A stretch of DNA of 64,000 bases from an uncultured delta proteobacterium (GTDB lineage Bacteria; Desulfobacterota; BSN033; UBA1163). Numbering within the stretch: position 1 is the first letter of the stretch; the number at the start of each line of letters is the position of its first letter. Both the position numbers and the translations under genes were made by a program. Shown here one piece after another: positions 33,924 to 43,321 of the stretch. The notes beneath the pieces are model-generated. The model saw only the letters and a program-made list of their open reading frames with translations. It searched no databases and was not told the DNA's origin. The stretch lies in assembly GCA_963827685.1 (NCBI GenBank), contig CAWHBU010000009.1, forward strand, positions 3,357 to 67,356, given 5' to 3'.

Positions 33924-35054
33924 CTAGGTCCTTGGCCTGAGAACAGTAGAAACGACTTCGAATGCTGCATCGGGTCGTGCCATTCGTCTTGCAGCCTGCT
34001 GCATTCTTGAAAACCGTTCTTTATCCGACAGGAGAGTATCGATTTTATAAGCCAAGGCCGGAAGGTTATTACATCGAATTCCCACCCCTTCCTCCAGAAA
34101 ATGGTCGCTGTTTCTTTCCTCTTGACCAGGAATGGGATTCACGATGACCAGGACAAGTCCCCGGGCCAATGCCTCGGAACTGGTCAGTCCTCCAGCCTTA
34201 CCCACCAGCAGGTCTGAGGCAGCCATCCAGCTATTCATTTCATCGGTAAAACCTATGACCTTCATCGGATGCCGCGTGTTTGAAAGACTTTTCAAATGGT
34301 CCTCAAGGCGCTTGTTGCGACCACAAATGACAACCATTTGGATAGGATGTCGGATCTCATGGATGGTACGAACAAGAGATTCGACAGGTCCCACGCCGAA
34401 CCCTCCAGGAGAAACCAGAAGCGTTGTTTTGTCAGGATCGAAGCCAAGGTGGATTCGGGTCTCCGGCTTGGGTTTCTCCACTCCGAAGATCGGATCGATG
34501 GGAATCCCCGTGACGAAGATTGTTTCAAGGGGGATGCCTAAGGCAGCAAGATAGACCCGTGTCTCCTCACAGGCCACAAAGTACCAGTCCACGTTCTGGA
34601 GCAGCCACATGGCGTGGGCATCGAAGTCGGTCACCACCACACCGATTGGGATGTCGAGAATTTTTTTCTTCCGCAAATAGAGAAGTATTTCTGCGGGGAG
34701 AAAATGGGTGCACAAGGCAAGATCGGGATTCTCCTGTCTGATCAGTTTGACCAGAGGGCCTGTATTGAGCCGATCCAGAGCCAATCGCCGCTTTTGGAAT
34801 TGCCAAGGACGGTCAAAAGTTTTGTAGAGCCAGCCGAGAAGGTCTGGCCCACGAGTCATAAGCTCCACATAGAGATCGGAATAGATCTTTCTAAAGACGG
34901 GATTGGTGTGCCGGAGGACTTCGATATGACGTGCGGAAATCCCCTTTGCCTCAAAGGCAGAAACAAGTGCATCCGCTGCTCGAAGATGGCCAGTGGCTGC
35001 GGCGGCGGATAGAACCATTACGGAATTTGGCTTTGCTGCTGCATGTTCTGTCAT
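33924..35054 (-). CDS. MGDG-synthase/UgtP-like glycosyltransferase, GT28
   Basis: 376 aa. The N-terminus VMVLSAAAATGHLRAADAL and the C-terminus LLVGKAGGLTSSEALARGL are typical of the MurG/MGDG synthase fold. Confidence 0.75.
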   Translation of the reverse strand: MTEHAAAKPNSVMVLSAAAATGHLRAADALVSAFEAKGISARHIEVLRHTNPVFRKIYSDLYVELMTRGPDLLGWLYKTFDRPWQFQKRRLALDRLNTGPLVKLIRQENPDLALCTHFLPAEILLYLRKKKILDIPIGVVVTDFDAHAMWLLQNVDWYFVACEETRVYLAALGIPLETIFVTGIPIDPIFGVEKPKPETRIHLGFDPDKTTLLVSPGGFGVGPVESLVRTIHEIRHPIQMVVICGRNKRLEDHLKSLSNTRHPMKVIGFTDEMNSWMAASDLLVGKAGGLTSSEALARGLVLVIVNPIPGQEERNSDHFLEEGVGIRCNNLPALAYKIDTLLSDKERFSRMQQAARRMARPDAAFEVVSTVLRPRT

Positions 35055-35094
35055 TTAAATTCCCTCCTTGTTCTAGTGTCCCCTTTGGGGATGG

Positions 35095-35350
35095 TGGAAA
35101 CCCCTCGCCTTCAGGCGAAGCAAAATTAGGCGAAACGTGAGCCAAGCGAATATGAGCCGCTTTGAAAGGGAAACCACTAAAGCTCGTCATACCCGCGAAA
35201 GCGGGTATCCAGAATTTGGAGCATCTGGATTCCTGCTGGAGTTTATCCCGATGAAAATCGGGGCAGGAATGACAGATAAATGAACATTCAAAACCTAAGT
35301 CGACTTCAGTCGACCCGTTCGGGGAACCCTTCGCCTTCAAGGCGAGGAAG
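35095..35350. repeat. Intergenic cluster of GNRA/UUCG-loop REP-like hairpins
   Basis: ATACCCGC-GAAA-GCGGGTAT (35189-35208), ATTCCTGC...CCCGAT-GAAA-ATCGGG...GCAGGAAT, GTCGAC-TTCA-GTCGAC, and two CTTCGCC/GGCGA(A/G)G hairpins. The region produces the spurious IPAFAGMT ORF. Confidence 0.75.
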
Positions 35351-35353
35351 AAT

Positions 35354-36103
35354 TCAGTCCTCTTTCGGTATGAAAGAGGAGCTTGGTTTGTCCGTCTCCT
35401 CTCCCAAACAAAGAGCCTTGACCTCCCGGCTCTCCATCAGTGTGGGTGCAGACCCTTCTTTGATCACACGACCATTTCTCAGGAGATATCCCCGGTCGGA
35501 GATAGCCAAAGAGAGTCGGATCTCTTGCTCTACGATAAAGAGGGTGAGTCCCCTCTGGTTCATTTCTCTAAATGTGGCAAAGACTTCATCCATCAGACGA
35601 GGAGCTAATCCTAAGGAAGGTTCATCCAGCAACAGGAGTTTAGGACGGCCCATCATCGCCCTCCCGATGGAGAGCATCTGTTGCTCCCCTCCACTGAGGG
35701 TTCCCGCTCTTTGATGGGTTCTCTCTTGGAGTACAGGGAGGAGCTGATAGATCCGCTCCAAATCCTTTTTTATCTCTTTCTTTTCATTCCTGTAACGGTA
35801 GGCACCCATCATGAGATTATCCATGACGGAAAGCGTGGGGAAGATATGGCGTCCTTGAGGAACATGGCCGATCCCTTTGGAGACGATCTGATGAGGGCTC
35901 AGGTTGGTGATATCCTTCTCTTCGAAGATGATTCTTCCTTCCGTGGTCTTCAGGATTCCGGAAAGGGTGAGTAACAGGGTCGTTTTTCCCGCTCCATTGG
36001 GACCCAAGAGAGTGACGGTCTCTCCCTGTTTGACCTCCAAAGAAATTTCATATAATGCAGGGAGAGGCCCATATTGAACGGTCAGCTTTTTGATTTTAAG
36101 CAT
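35354..36103 (-). CDS. livF: Branched-chain amino acid-type ABC transporter ATP-binding protein, LivF-like
   Basis: I chose the start MLKIKKLTVQYG. Motifs are GPNGAGKTT, LSGGEQQML and LLLLDEPSLGLAP. Confidence 0.85.
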   Translation of the reverse strand: MLKIKKLTVQYGPLPALYEISLEVKQGETVTLLGPNGAGKTTLLLTLSGILKTTEGRIIFEEKDITNLSPHQIVSKGIGHVPQGRHIFPTLSVMDNLMMGAYRYRNEKKEIKKDLERIYQLLPVLQERTHQRAGTLSGGEQQMLSIGRAMMGRPKLLLLDEPSLGLAPRLMDEVFATFREMNQRGLTLFIVEQEIRLSLAISDRGYLLRNGRVIKEGSAPTLMESREVKALCLGEETDKPSSSFIPKED

Positions 36104-36872
36104 CCGGGTTCCTGTTACGCCGGGTGAGGTAGGCATCAATCACACGTGGGTTCTTTTTCACCCCTTCCGGCGTTCCTTCAGCAATAAGTTCGCCATTATG
36201 AAGGACCGCTATCTCATCCGCTATCTCCATCACCATGCCCATGTGATGCTCCACCATGAAGACCGTGACTCCCTCCTGCCGGATCTGTGAGATCCGTTCT
36301 GAAAGCTGCTCAATTTCTGTAAGGGTCAGTCCGGACGCCGGTTCATCTAAAAGGAGGAGTTCCGGCTTCATGGCAAGGGCCCTGCCTAACTCCAAAAGTT
36401 TTTGTTTGCCGTAAGGGAGTTGGGAAGCCATGGATTCCCATTTGCCCAACAGACCCAGAGAATCGAGGATCTCTTTGGCTTCCTTCAAGGCTTCTTTCTC
36501 CGACCTTCTGATCCAGGGGAGCCAAAGTCCGTAGGAGAAGAAACCACCTTTCAGCCTTCGATCCATCCCAGCCATGATGTTCTCCACCACAGTCATGTTT
36601 CCCCAAATCTGAAGTGTCTGAAAAGTTCTTCCTATTCCAAGGGCTGATCTCTCATGGGGCGCCAAGGAGATAATATTTTTTTCCTTAAAGCAGATTTTCC
36701 CTGAATCAGGTTTCTCTACGCCACTGATCAAATGGAAGAGCGTGCTTTTCCCAGCTCCATTGGGTCCGATCAGTCCCTTGATGCTCCCCTTTTCCACTTT
36801 GAGTGAAACCCGGTCCAGAGCCCGTATTCCATCATATTCCTTAGTAATCGCTTTGATCGAGAGCAGTGACAT
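36096..36872 (-). CDS. livG: Branched-chain amino acid-type ABC transporter ATP-binding protein, LivG-like
   Basis: I chose the start MSLLSIKAITKEY, whose ATG overlaps the livM stop (TAATG). Motifs are GPNGAGKST, LPYGKQKLLE and LLLLDEPASGL. Confidence 0.85.
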   Translation of the reverse strand: MSLLSIKAITKEYDGIRALDRVSLKVEKGSIKGLIGPNGAGKSTLFHLISGVEKPDSGKICFKEKNIISLAPHERSALGIGRTFQTLQIWGNMTVVENIMAGMDRRLKGGFFSYGLWLPWIRRSEKEALKEAKEILDSLGLLGKWESMASQLPYGKQKLLELGRALAMKPELLLLDEPASGLTLTEIEQLSERISQIRQEGVTVFMVEHHMGMVMEIADEIAVLHNGELIAEGTPEGVKKNPRVIDAYLTRRNRNPDA

Positions 36873-37960
36873 TAAAGCTTTCCCTCGTCTCTCTTCTTTT
36901 TTTTCGCCCAATAACCGATCAGGTAGATCACCCTGACATTCAAACGGGTTCCAACACCGTCCGGGAAGAAGATGAGCAGCAGGATCAAGATGACGCTGTA
37001 AATGGGGAGGCTGTATTCCTGATATTTGCTCAGAATATCCATGAGCCAGGTGAGGAGGATGGCGCCAGCAATGGGACCGTAGATGTTTCCCATTCCTCCT
37101 AAGATGACCATCATGACAATGAGAACGGTAAACCCAAGGCTAAAGGCTTCGGGATTGGCTGTTGACATGACGCCGGCGAAGAGACTTCCGGCCAATCCAG
37201 CAAAAGCTGCACCTAAGACAAAAACATCTAATTTAGTTTTGGGCACATCGATCCCCACACTCGACGCAGCATCTTCACTGGTCGCCACAGCCAGAAGGGC
37301 CCGGCCCACTTTAGAGCGAACCAGATTTTTTGAGAAGATGAATAAACCAATGAGCACCCCCCAGGCGAGATAGTACTGTTTAAGATAGGTATCGAAAGAG
37401 AACCCCATCACAGAGAACCAGGGGATGCCAAAGATCCCAATGACCCCGCCGGTGAGATAAGTGGATTCCCGCACGATCACCAAAAAGATTTCTCCAAACC
37501 CCAGTGTGGCTAAAGCTAAGAAGTATCCCTTCAGTTTGAGAATGGGCTTGCCAATAAAATAGGCGATCAAAGCCGCTGAAAGAGCCGAGGCCCAAAAGGC
37601 TGCAAACGGTGGAAAGCCACAACGGGTGGTGAGGATGGCTGTGGTGTAGGCCCCGATTCCAAAGAAGGCAGCGTGACCCAGAGAGATCTGGCCGGCATAG
37701 CCCATAAAGAGACCTAATCCCAATGCCAGGATCGCATAAATCCCTGCCAAGACCATAAGATGATGGAAGTGTGGATCAGACCAGATCAGGGGCGCCAAGC
37801 AGATCGCACCAAGATAAAAGAGGTCTTTCTTTTTAAACTCCTTTTTATGATAGAGGTATGGGTCTGGCGCGATTAAAGAGAGTAACCACAAGGGCACCAG
37901 ATAGAACAGGTCCCGTTTTCTAAACTCCGTTTGTCGCACCTTCGCTGTTTGAGAAGACAT
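36872..37960 (-). CDS. livM: Branched-chain amino acid-type ABC permease, LivM-like
   Basis: Polytopic membrane protein. I chose the start MSSQTAKVR, because the longer ORF start lies inside repeat DNA. The N-terminal extension contains a tandem duplication: F(R/K)K(R/K)DLFYL...DP(Y/H)..H appears twice. Confidence 0.8.
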   Translation of the reverse strand: MSSQTAKVRQTEFRKRDLFYLVPLWLLSLIAPDPYLYHKKEFKKKDLFYLGAICLAPLIWSDPHFHHLMVLAGIYAILALGLGLFMGYAGQISLGHAAFFGIGAYTTAILTTRCGFPPFAAFWASALSAALIAYFIGKPILKLKGYFLALATLGFGEIFLVIVRESTYLTGGVIGIFGIPWFSVMGFSFDTYLKQYYLAWGVLIGLFIFSKNLVRSKVGRALLAVATSEDAASSVGIDVPKTKLDVFVLGAAFAGLAGSLFAGVMSTANPEAFSLGFTVLIVMMVILGGMGNIYGPIAGAILLTWLMDILSKYQEYSLPIYSVILILLLIFFPDGVGTRLNVRVIYLIGYWAKKKKRDEGKL

Positions 37961-37982
37961 GGTCTCCCGGGCGATCACGTGT

Positions 37983-38118
37983 AAAATTCCAATTTCCAAA
38001 TCGCAAATTCCAAATAATGTCCAAGCACCAAAATCCAATCAAATAATTGTTCCTCGAATTTCGGTCATTGGAATTTTGGTCATTATTTGGTTATTGGTAC
38101 TTGGGATTTGGTGCTTCA
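37983..38118. repeat. AT-rich palindromic repeat element, AAATTCCAAA family, copy C
   Basis: The left arm has AAATTCCAAT, CAAATTCCAAATAATG and AAGCACCAAAATCCAA. The right arm has CATTGGAATTTTGG, CATTATTTGG and TTGGGATTTGGTGCTT (38101-38116). It lies inside the liv operon, between livH and livM. Confidence 0.8.
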
Positions 38119-38174
38119 TAACTCGTCAAGACTTTTTTCAAAAAGCTAAATAGATATCTCGTTCCTTGTCTGTT

Positions 38175-39065
38175 CTACCATCGGCGGCTATCGATAAAAG
38201 GTGACCCCAAAATCCCTTTGGGCCGGAAATATAGGATGAGCAATAAAATCACAAAAGCGACTGCATCTTTATACCCGGAAGGAATGAAGATCAAGCTTAG
38301 AGATTCCATTATCCCGAGGACAAAGCCTCCAAGAATAGCACCGCTGTTCTTTCCCCAGCCTCCCAAGACGGCTGCGATAAAACCCTTCAGACCTAAAAGC
38401 GTCCCGGAACTATAACTGGTGAAGAAGATGGGGGTGATCAGAATTCCGGCGAAGGCTCCTACCCCAGCGCTCACTCCGAAAGCTAAAAAGACCATTAGGT
38501 TTCTTGATATGCCCAGGAGATCAGTCCCCAAAGGATCCGTTGAACTTGCCTCCATGGCCTTTCCCAATAAGGTTCGATGGGAGAGGAGATAGAGAAAGAT
38601 CAGTAATATGAAAGTGGATAATAAGACCCACATGCTCTGGGGAAGAACCGAGATTCCCCAAAACTGCAGAGGTTGTTCACTGGTGAACGGAGGAAGAGCT
38701 TTAGGCAGCGTTCCAAAGACAAGACCGCTTGTACTGCTAAGGAAGATGGAGACGCCAAGCGTTGCCATGATGAGGATGAGAATAGAAGCTTTTCTCAAAG
38801 GATAGATGACGGAGAGATGCATGGCGAAGCCGATCAGAACGACAAGGACGATGGCTGCCAGAGCAGCGATAGGGTAGGGGAGTTTTACACTATTCAGGAG
38901 GAAGAAGGTGACGACTCCTCCTAACATGACAAATTCCCCTTGGGCAAAATTGATGATTTGAGAAGCCCTGGAGATAGTCACAAATCCCAAGGCGACCAGG
39001 GCATAGATGGCCCCCGTGGTGATACCGGAAGAAAGGAGCTGGGGAATATACGTCCAAGAATCCAT
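38175..39065 (-). CDS. livH: Branched-chain amino acid-type ABC permease, LivH-like
   Basis: 296 aa, polytopic: GAIYALVALGFVTISRASQIINFAQGEF. Confidence 0.85.
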   Translation of the reverse strand: MDSWTYIPQLLSSGITTGAIYALVALGFVTISRASQIINFAQGEFVMLGGVVTFFLLNSVKLPYPIAALAAIVLVVLIGFAMHLSVIYPLRKASILILIMATLGVSIFLSSTSGLVFGTLPKALPPFTSEQPLQFWGISVLPQSMWVLLSTFILLIFLYLLSHRTLLGKAMEASSTDPLGTDLLGISRNLMVFLAFGVSAGVGAFAGILITPIFFTSYSSGTLLGLKGFIAAVLGGWGKNSGAILGGFVLGIMESLSLIFIPSGYKDAVAFVILLLILYFRPKGILGSPFIDSRRW

Positions 39066-39151
39066 GAGGTCAATTGGTCACAAAAAAGGGGTGAGACGAT
39101 TTCGTTTACTCACCCCCTGATTTACCATATAAATTATATTTTCTTCAACCT

Positions 39152-40339
39152 TTATTCGAATCCGGGAAATCTAATTCTCTTGAACTTACCGCCTTCGATC
39201 CGAATGAAAACCATATCCTTTTTGCTTAGACCATCGTGGTCGGTGGGGCTGTAGTTGTATATTCCGTGACAATTCTTCAGACCTTTGGTGTTTTCCAAGG
39301 CATCTCTGAATGTGGCCTTTGTAACCTTTCCTTGGCATCGTTTCAAAGCATCATAGATCAGCGAGATCGCATCATGCGCATGGCCGGCTATCTGGTCAAT
39401 TCCTACACCATAGCGTTCCGTGAACCGCTTGTTGAAATCGAGGATGACCGGTCGCACGGGATCATTCTCATCAAGTTGATCAGAGACCACAGGTTTTCCA
39501 GCAGCAAACTCCACACCCTCCATGGCCTCTCCACCCAGGGCGATGATAAAGCCGAATCCAAAGGCATGGGTTCCAAGGATTGGAATCTTAATCCCCTGGG
39601 TCCGTAAATTCTTGCAAATGATAGGACCTGGTGGTCCACCGGTACAGGCATAAAAGGCATCCACCTTTTCTTTTTCGATGATGGGCTTGAGCTTGATAAT
39701 CTGGGGGGTCATGTCAATGTCGGTTGGCTTATGGGTCTCCTGAGAGATGATGACCTTCATACCCTTCTCTTCCCCAAAGCGCTTGTAATAGTTGGCCAGG
39801 CTCTGGGCCAAGGGCCATGCGCCATGGAAAACCAGAACCTTTTTATATTTTCTGGCCAGAGAAAGGTCCACCAGCTTTTGAGAGACAATGATGTCGCTCT
39901 GAGCGATGTTGAAGGCCCATTTTTGCTTTAAGCTTCGAACCATTGGGTTGGAAGGGCAGATGATGATGTTTGTGATCTTCTCCCTTTCGGCAATGGCCCT
40001 GGTCGTTGCCTGTAGATTATCCTCAAAAGGCCCGACAACCGCTATGATTTCTTTATCTCTGGTAAACTTGGTCATATTGGCAGCGGCCCTCCCGAGATCG
40101 AAGCCATTATCCTCGAAGATCAGCTCAAGAGGGTGTCCGTCAATACCGCCCATCTTATTTATCCTCTCCACCTCTAAGACCATGGCATTTTTCACGGTCT
40201 TGGTCACCTCTGCCCAGGGCCCGGTGAATTCGAGGTTGACTCCAATTTTATGAGGGGATTTTTCAGCGACATAGGCGGGAGAAGCCCAGACCAAGAAAAT
40301 CAGCGTCAAAATGGATATGAAAGGGACTATCTTCTTCAT
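39152..40339 (-). CDS. livK: Type-1 periplasmic binding protein, LivK/LivJ-like
   Basis: 395 aa with a signal peptide and a Leu/Ile/Val-binding-protein-like pattern (IGVNLEFTGPWAEV...). Confidence 0.8.
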   Translation of the reverse strand: MKKIVPFISILTLIFLVWASPAYVAEKSPHKIGVNLEFTGPWAEVTKTVKNAMVLEVERINKMGGIDGHPLELIFEDNGFDLGRAAANMTKFTRDKEIIAVVGPFEDNLQATTRAIAEREKITNIIICPSNPMVRSLKQKWAFNIAQSDIIVSQKLVDLSLARKYKKVLVFHGAWPLAQSLANYYKRFGEEKGMKVIISQETHKPTDIDMTPQIIKLKPIIEKEKVDAFYACTGGPPGPIICKNLRTQGIKIPILGTHAFGFGFIIALGGEAMEGVEFAAGKPVVSDQLDENDPVRPVILDFNKRFTERYGVGIDQIAGHAHDAISLIYDALKRCQGKVTKATFRDALENTKGLKNCHGIYNYSPTDHDGLSKKDMVFIRIEGGKFKRIRFPGFE

Positions 40340-40366
40340 CGTATTACCTCCTTAAGTCAGAAGTAG

Positions 40367-40438
40367 CGCCCCCATTTAATGGGGGCGAATGACTTAACGT
40401 CGGCAGTACCTGCCTGCCGGCAGGCAGGAATGCCGACG
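40367..40438 (-). terminator. Two GC-rich hairpins after asd; REP-like, probably a terminator
   Basis: CGCCCCCA-TTTAA-TGGGGGCG (40367-40387) and CGTCGGCA...TGCCGACG (40398-40438). The second encloses the 20-bp perfect palindrome CCTGCCTGCCGGCAGGCAGG (40409-40428). Confidence 0.5.
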
Positions 40439-40448
40439 CTACATTATA

Positions 40449-41471
40449 TTACAGATACTTCTGTATCAGGATCTCGGCGATCTGGACGGCATTGAGTGCC
40501 GCACCCTTCCGGATATTGTCCGCAACGATCCACAGATTGATGTCGTTGGGGATGGATTCATCCTCGCGAATCCGTCCGACAAAGGTCTCGTCTTTGCCTG
40601 CCGCATGAATAGCGAGAGGATATTCGAATTTCTTTGGGTTATCCACGACTACCACACCGGGTGCCTTCGAGAGAATTTTTCTGACTTCATCGGATTTCAA
40701 TTTCTTCTCTGTCTCGATATTGACCGACTCCGAATGGCCATAGAAGACGGGGACTCTTACGGTCGTGGCCGTTACACCAATCGAATTATCCTCCATGATC
40801 TTCTTCGTCTCATTGACCATCTTCAACTCCTCCTTGGTGTAACCATTATCGAAGAAGACGTCGATGTGAGGAAGACAGTTGAAGGCAATCTGATGGGGAT
40901 AGACCTCCTTTTTGACCTCCTGTTGGTTGTAGATGGCGAGAACCTGGGTCTCTAATTCTTTGATCGCCCTTTTTCCCGTTCCGGAGACCGCCTGGTAGGT
41001 AGAGACCACCACCCTTTTGATCCGGGCAACATCATGGATGGGCTTCAGCACGACCACCATCTGAATGGTCGAGCAGTTGGGGTTGGCGATAATATTCTTT
41101 TTTGGATATTGAGCAATGGCATGGGCGTTTACCTCTGGAACCACCAGAGGGACTTCAGGGTCCATTCGAAAGGCGCTGGTATTGTCAATCACCACACAGC
41201 CTGCCTTTCCGGCGATAGGGGCAAACTTTTCGCTCACCGAGCCTCCTGCAGAGAAGAGGCCGATATCGACTCCGGCAAAGGAGTTTTCGTTGAGCACCTC
41301 CACCGTATAAGACTTTCCTTTAAACTCCATCTTCTTGCCCGCGCCCCGTGTGGAGGCGAGAAGTTTCAACTTATCCACCGGGAAGTTTCTCTCCTCGAGA
41401 ATAGCGACCATTTCATTTCCCACCGCACCGGTGGCCCCCACGACAGCAACGTTATATTTTTGTTTCTTCAC
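40449..41471 (-). CDS. asd: Aspartate-semialdehyde dehydrogenase
   Basis: 340 aa: VAVVGATGAVGNEM..., NPNCSTIQMVV (active-site Cys), and a C-terminal dimerisation domain. Confidence 0.9.
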   Translation of the reverse strand: MKKQKYNVAVVGATGAVGNEMVAILEERNFPVDKLKLLASTRGAGKKMEFKGKSYTVEVLNENSFAGVDIGLFSAGGSVSEKFAPIAGKAGCVVIDNTSAFRMDPEVPLVVPEVNAHAIAQYPKKNIIANPNCSTIQMVVVLKPIHDVARIKRVVVSTYQAVSGTGKRAIKELETQVLAIYNQQEVKKEVYPHQIAFNCLPHIDVFFDNGYTKEELKMVNETKKIMEDNSIGVTATTVRVPVFYGHSESVNIETEKKLKSDEVRKILSKAPGVVVVDNPKKFEYPLAIHAAGKDETFVGRIREDESIPNDINLWIVADNIRKGAALNAVQIAEILIQKYL

Positions 41472-41641
41472 TGTTTTCTCCGTTGTTTACTATTACAACA
41501 TTCCATTAAGAATCGCCACAGATAAAGATCCAAAATCCTAATATCGAAATTCTGATCGTTAGGAGCGAGGCGTTAGGTGTAAGGGGTAAACCCGCTTGCG
41601 ACTTCCGCCTCCCGCTTTCACGGAAGGAATTTCGTACTTAC

Positions 41642-41670
41642 AAAAAAGGGGTGCCTTTCGAACACCCCTG
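41642..41670 (-). terminator. Rho-independent terminator
   Basis: GGGGTG (41648-41653) pairs with CACCCC (41663-41668). On the minus strand the hairpin is followed by TTTTTT. Confidence 0.6.
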
Positions 41671-41833
41671 TTCTTTAGATACCACTTTGTATCTAAATAA
41701 TAAATAGGAGAAAAAGGAGGAGGTTGTCAAGAGGGGAAGTTCAACTCGCTAATCCCAGACCCATTCTTATCACTCTTCAACTCACTTAATCTTGGATACC
41801 GTGGACTCGAAACTCTTCTTCTGTATTCTTGGT

Positions 41834-42028
41834 TCACATTTCAAGGCCTGGCACCTCACTCTGGCACCGATTAATCTTAGAAGCCTTAGTCACTACTCCA
41901 ACTACCTCCTCTAAAGGCGGATACTCTGCAAGTCTCTTTCGTTCAAAGAAGATTTTCCTCCTCTCATTTCCCCGGCTGGTGATGTGATATAAAGCGCCAG
42001 CATACTCTATCCGAAGCGGCCTACCCAT
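41834..42028 (-). pseudogene. Truncated IS200-like/RAYT-type Y1 transposase, N-terminal fragment only
   Basis: MGRPLRIEYAGALYHITSRGNERRKIF matches the conserved N-terminus of REP-associated/IS200-like Y1 transposases. Similarity is lost after about 30 aa, and no HUH motif is present. Confidence 0.55.
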
Positions 42029-42061
42029 AATAAAATCCTTCCAATAATGAGAACCCTTGTT

Positions 42062-43321
42062 TCAAATTTCAAGACCAGGCACCTTATCTCTTTTATTGGG
42101 AGGCTTAATGAAAAGGGAAAATACAAATCCGAACAGAGAAGCTCCCACCGTCATCAAGAACAAAGGTTTGTAGGATCCCGTCAAATCAATCATATACCCT
42201 GCTAACCAAGGTCCGACTGCCATTCCCGCTTGCGCGATGAGAAAAATACCTCCAAGTATACTACCACTATTCCTTTCTCCAAAATGGTCTGCACACATAG
42301 CAGGCATCTGAGCACCCCAGCCTCCATATGAAAAGCCAAAGATAAAGCAGCACACATAGAACATCAAAAGATCCGATGACACCAGCATTCCTATCAACGC
42401 TACCAAGTTCATTAAGGAGGAGATTACAGTCGACTTCCTTCTTCCCAATTGATCCGAGATTGAACCCATGATCACCCTGCCAAGAAGACTGCATCCCCCA
42501 ATCATACCAAGAATGGCAGATGCCTTGATTGGTTGAACACCTATATTGATAGCATACGAAACCATGTGTATGAGTACCGAATAAAGAGCAAAAGAAAGAA
42601 AAAACCAAGTTGCGCCCTGCATCCAGAAAGCGCTTGTGTAAATTGCCTGCCCCAAGTTATAGGAATCGTCTCCTGATAAGACGAGGGTATCGCAGGAAGC
42701 GTCCGTATTACTTTTTTCACGGAAGCTTTTAGGCGTCTGTTTCAATAGAACACCACACCCTACAAAAACAACTAATAATATCAAGCCTAGGATGACGTAA
42801 CTTTTACGCCACCCATAAGAAGAAATCAGCAAACCTGTCAATGGGGTCATGACCAAGGTTCCTAAACCAAGGCCTAACACCACAATGCCGATAGCAAGAC
42901 CACGTTTTCGGCGGAACCATCTAGAAACGGCTGAAGTGACCGGGATATAAGCACAGGATGTGCCGATAGAAAAAAGCAAGCTGTAATATAGATAAAGTTC
43001 CCATAAATTCCTGAAGGTGCTTGTGAAGAAAAGAGAAGTCGAGGCGAGTATAGCTCCTAATAGTACCACTACCCTAACCCCAAACTTGTCAGCCAAATAG
43101 CCAACGGGAAGGGATGTAATAATGCGAACAAACATAAAAGCCGAGAAGGCGCTCGAGAGCTGTGCCTTAGTCCATCCAAACTCAGCAAGGATTGGTTTGA
43201 AAAATACTCCGAATGTAAGGAGGATGCCGGTCTCGACTGTCATAATGATCAAGCCGGTTCCAGTCACCACCCAACCATAGTACAAGATACGATTCTCATA
43301 CTGGAGATCCATGTAAAACAT
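42062..43321 (-). CDS. MFS transporter
   Basis: About 419 aa with 12 predicted TM helices and an MFS loop motif (GYLADKFGVRVV). I chose the start at the ATG preceded by GGAGAAGG; the ORF extends to 43336. Confidence 0.75.
   Translation of the reverse strand: MFYMDLQYENRILYYGWVVTGTGLIIMTVETGILLTFGVFFKPILAEFGWTKAQLSSAFSAFMFVRIITSLPVGYLADKFGVRVVVLLGAILASTSLFFTSTFRNLWELYLYYSLLFSIGTSCAYIPVTSAVSRWFRRKRGLAIGIVVLGLGLGTLVMTPLTGLLISSYGWRKSYVILGLILLVVFVGCGVLLKQTPKSFREKSNTDASCDTLVLSGDDSYNLGQAIYTSAFWMQGATWFFLSFALYSVLIHMVSYAINIGVQPIKASAILGMIGGCSLLGRVIMGSISDQLGRRKSTVISSLMNLVALIGMLVSSDLLMFYVCCFIFGFSYGGWGAQMPAMCADHFGERNSGSILGGIFLIAQAGMAVGPWLAGYMIDLTGSYKPLFLMTVGASLFGFVFSLFIKPPNKRDKVPGLEI

Noticed and set aside
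34951-35340. 129-aa ORF containing ...FWIPAFAGMTSFSGF...
   Set aside because: It is a translation artefact of the REP-like hairpin cluster (ACCCGCGAAAGCGGGT and similar units). The same applies to ORF 28772-29236 (PPPTPSPIKGEG...).
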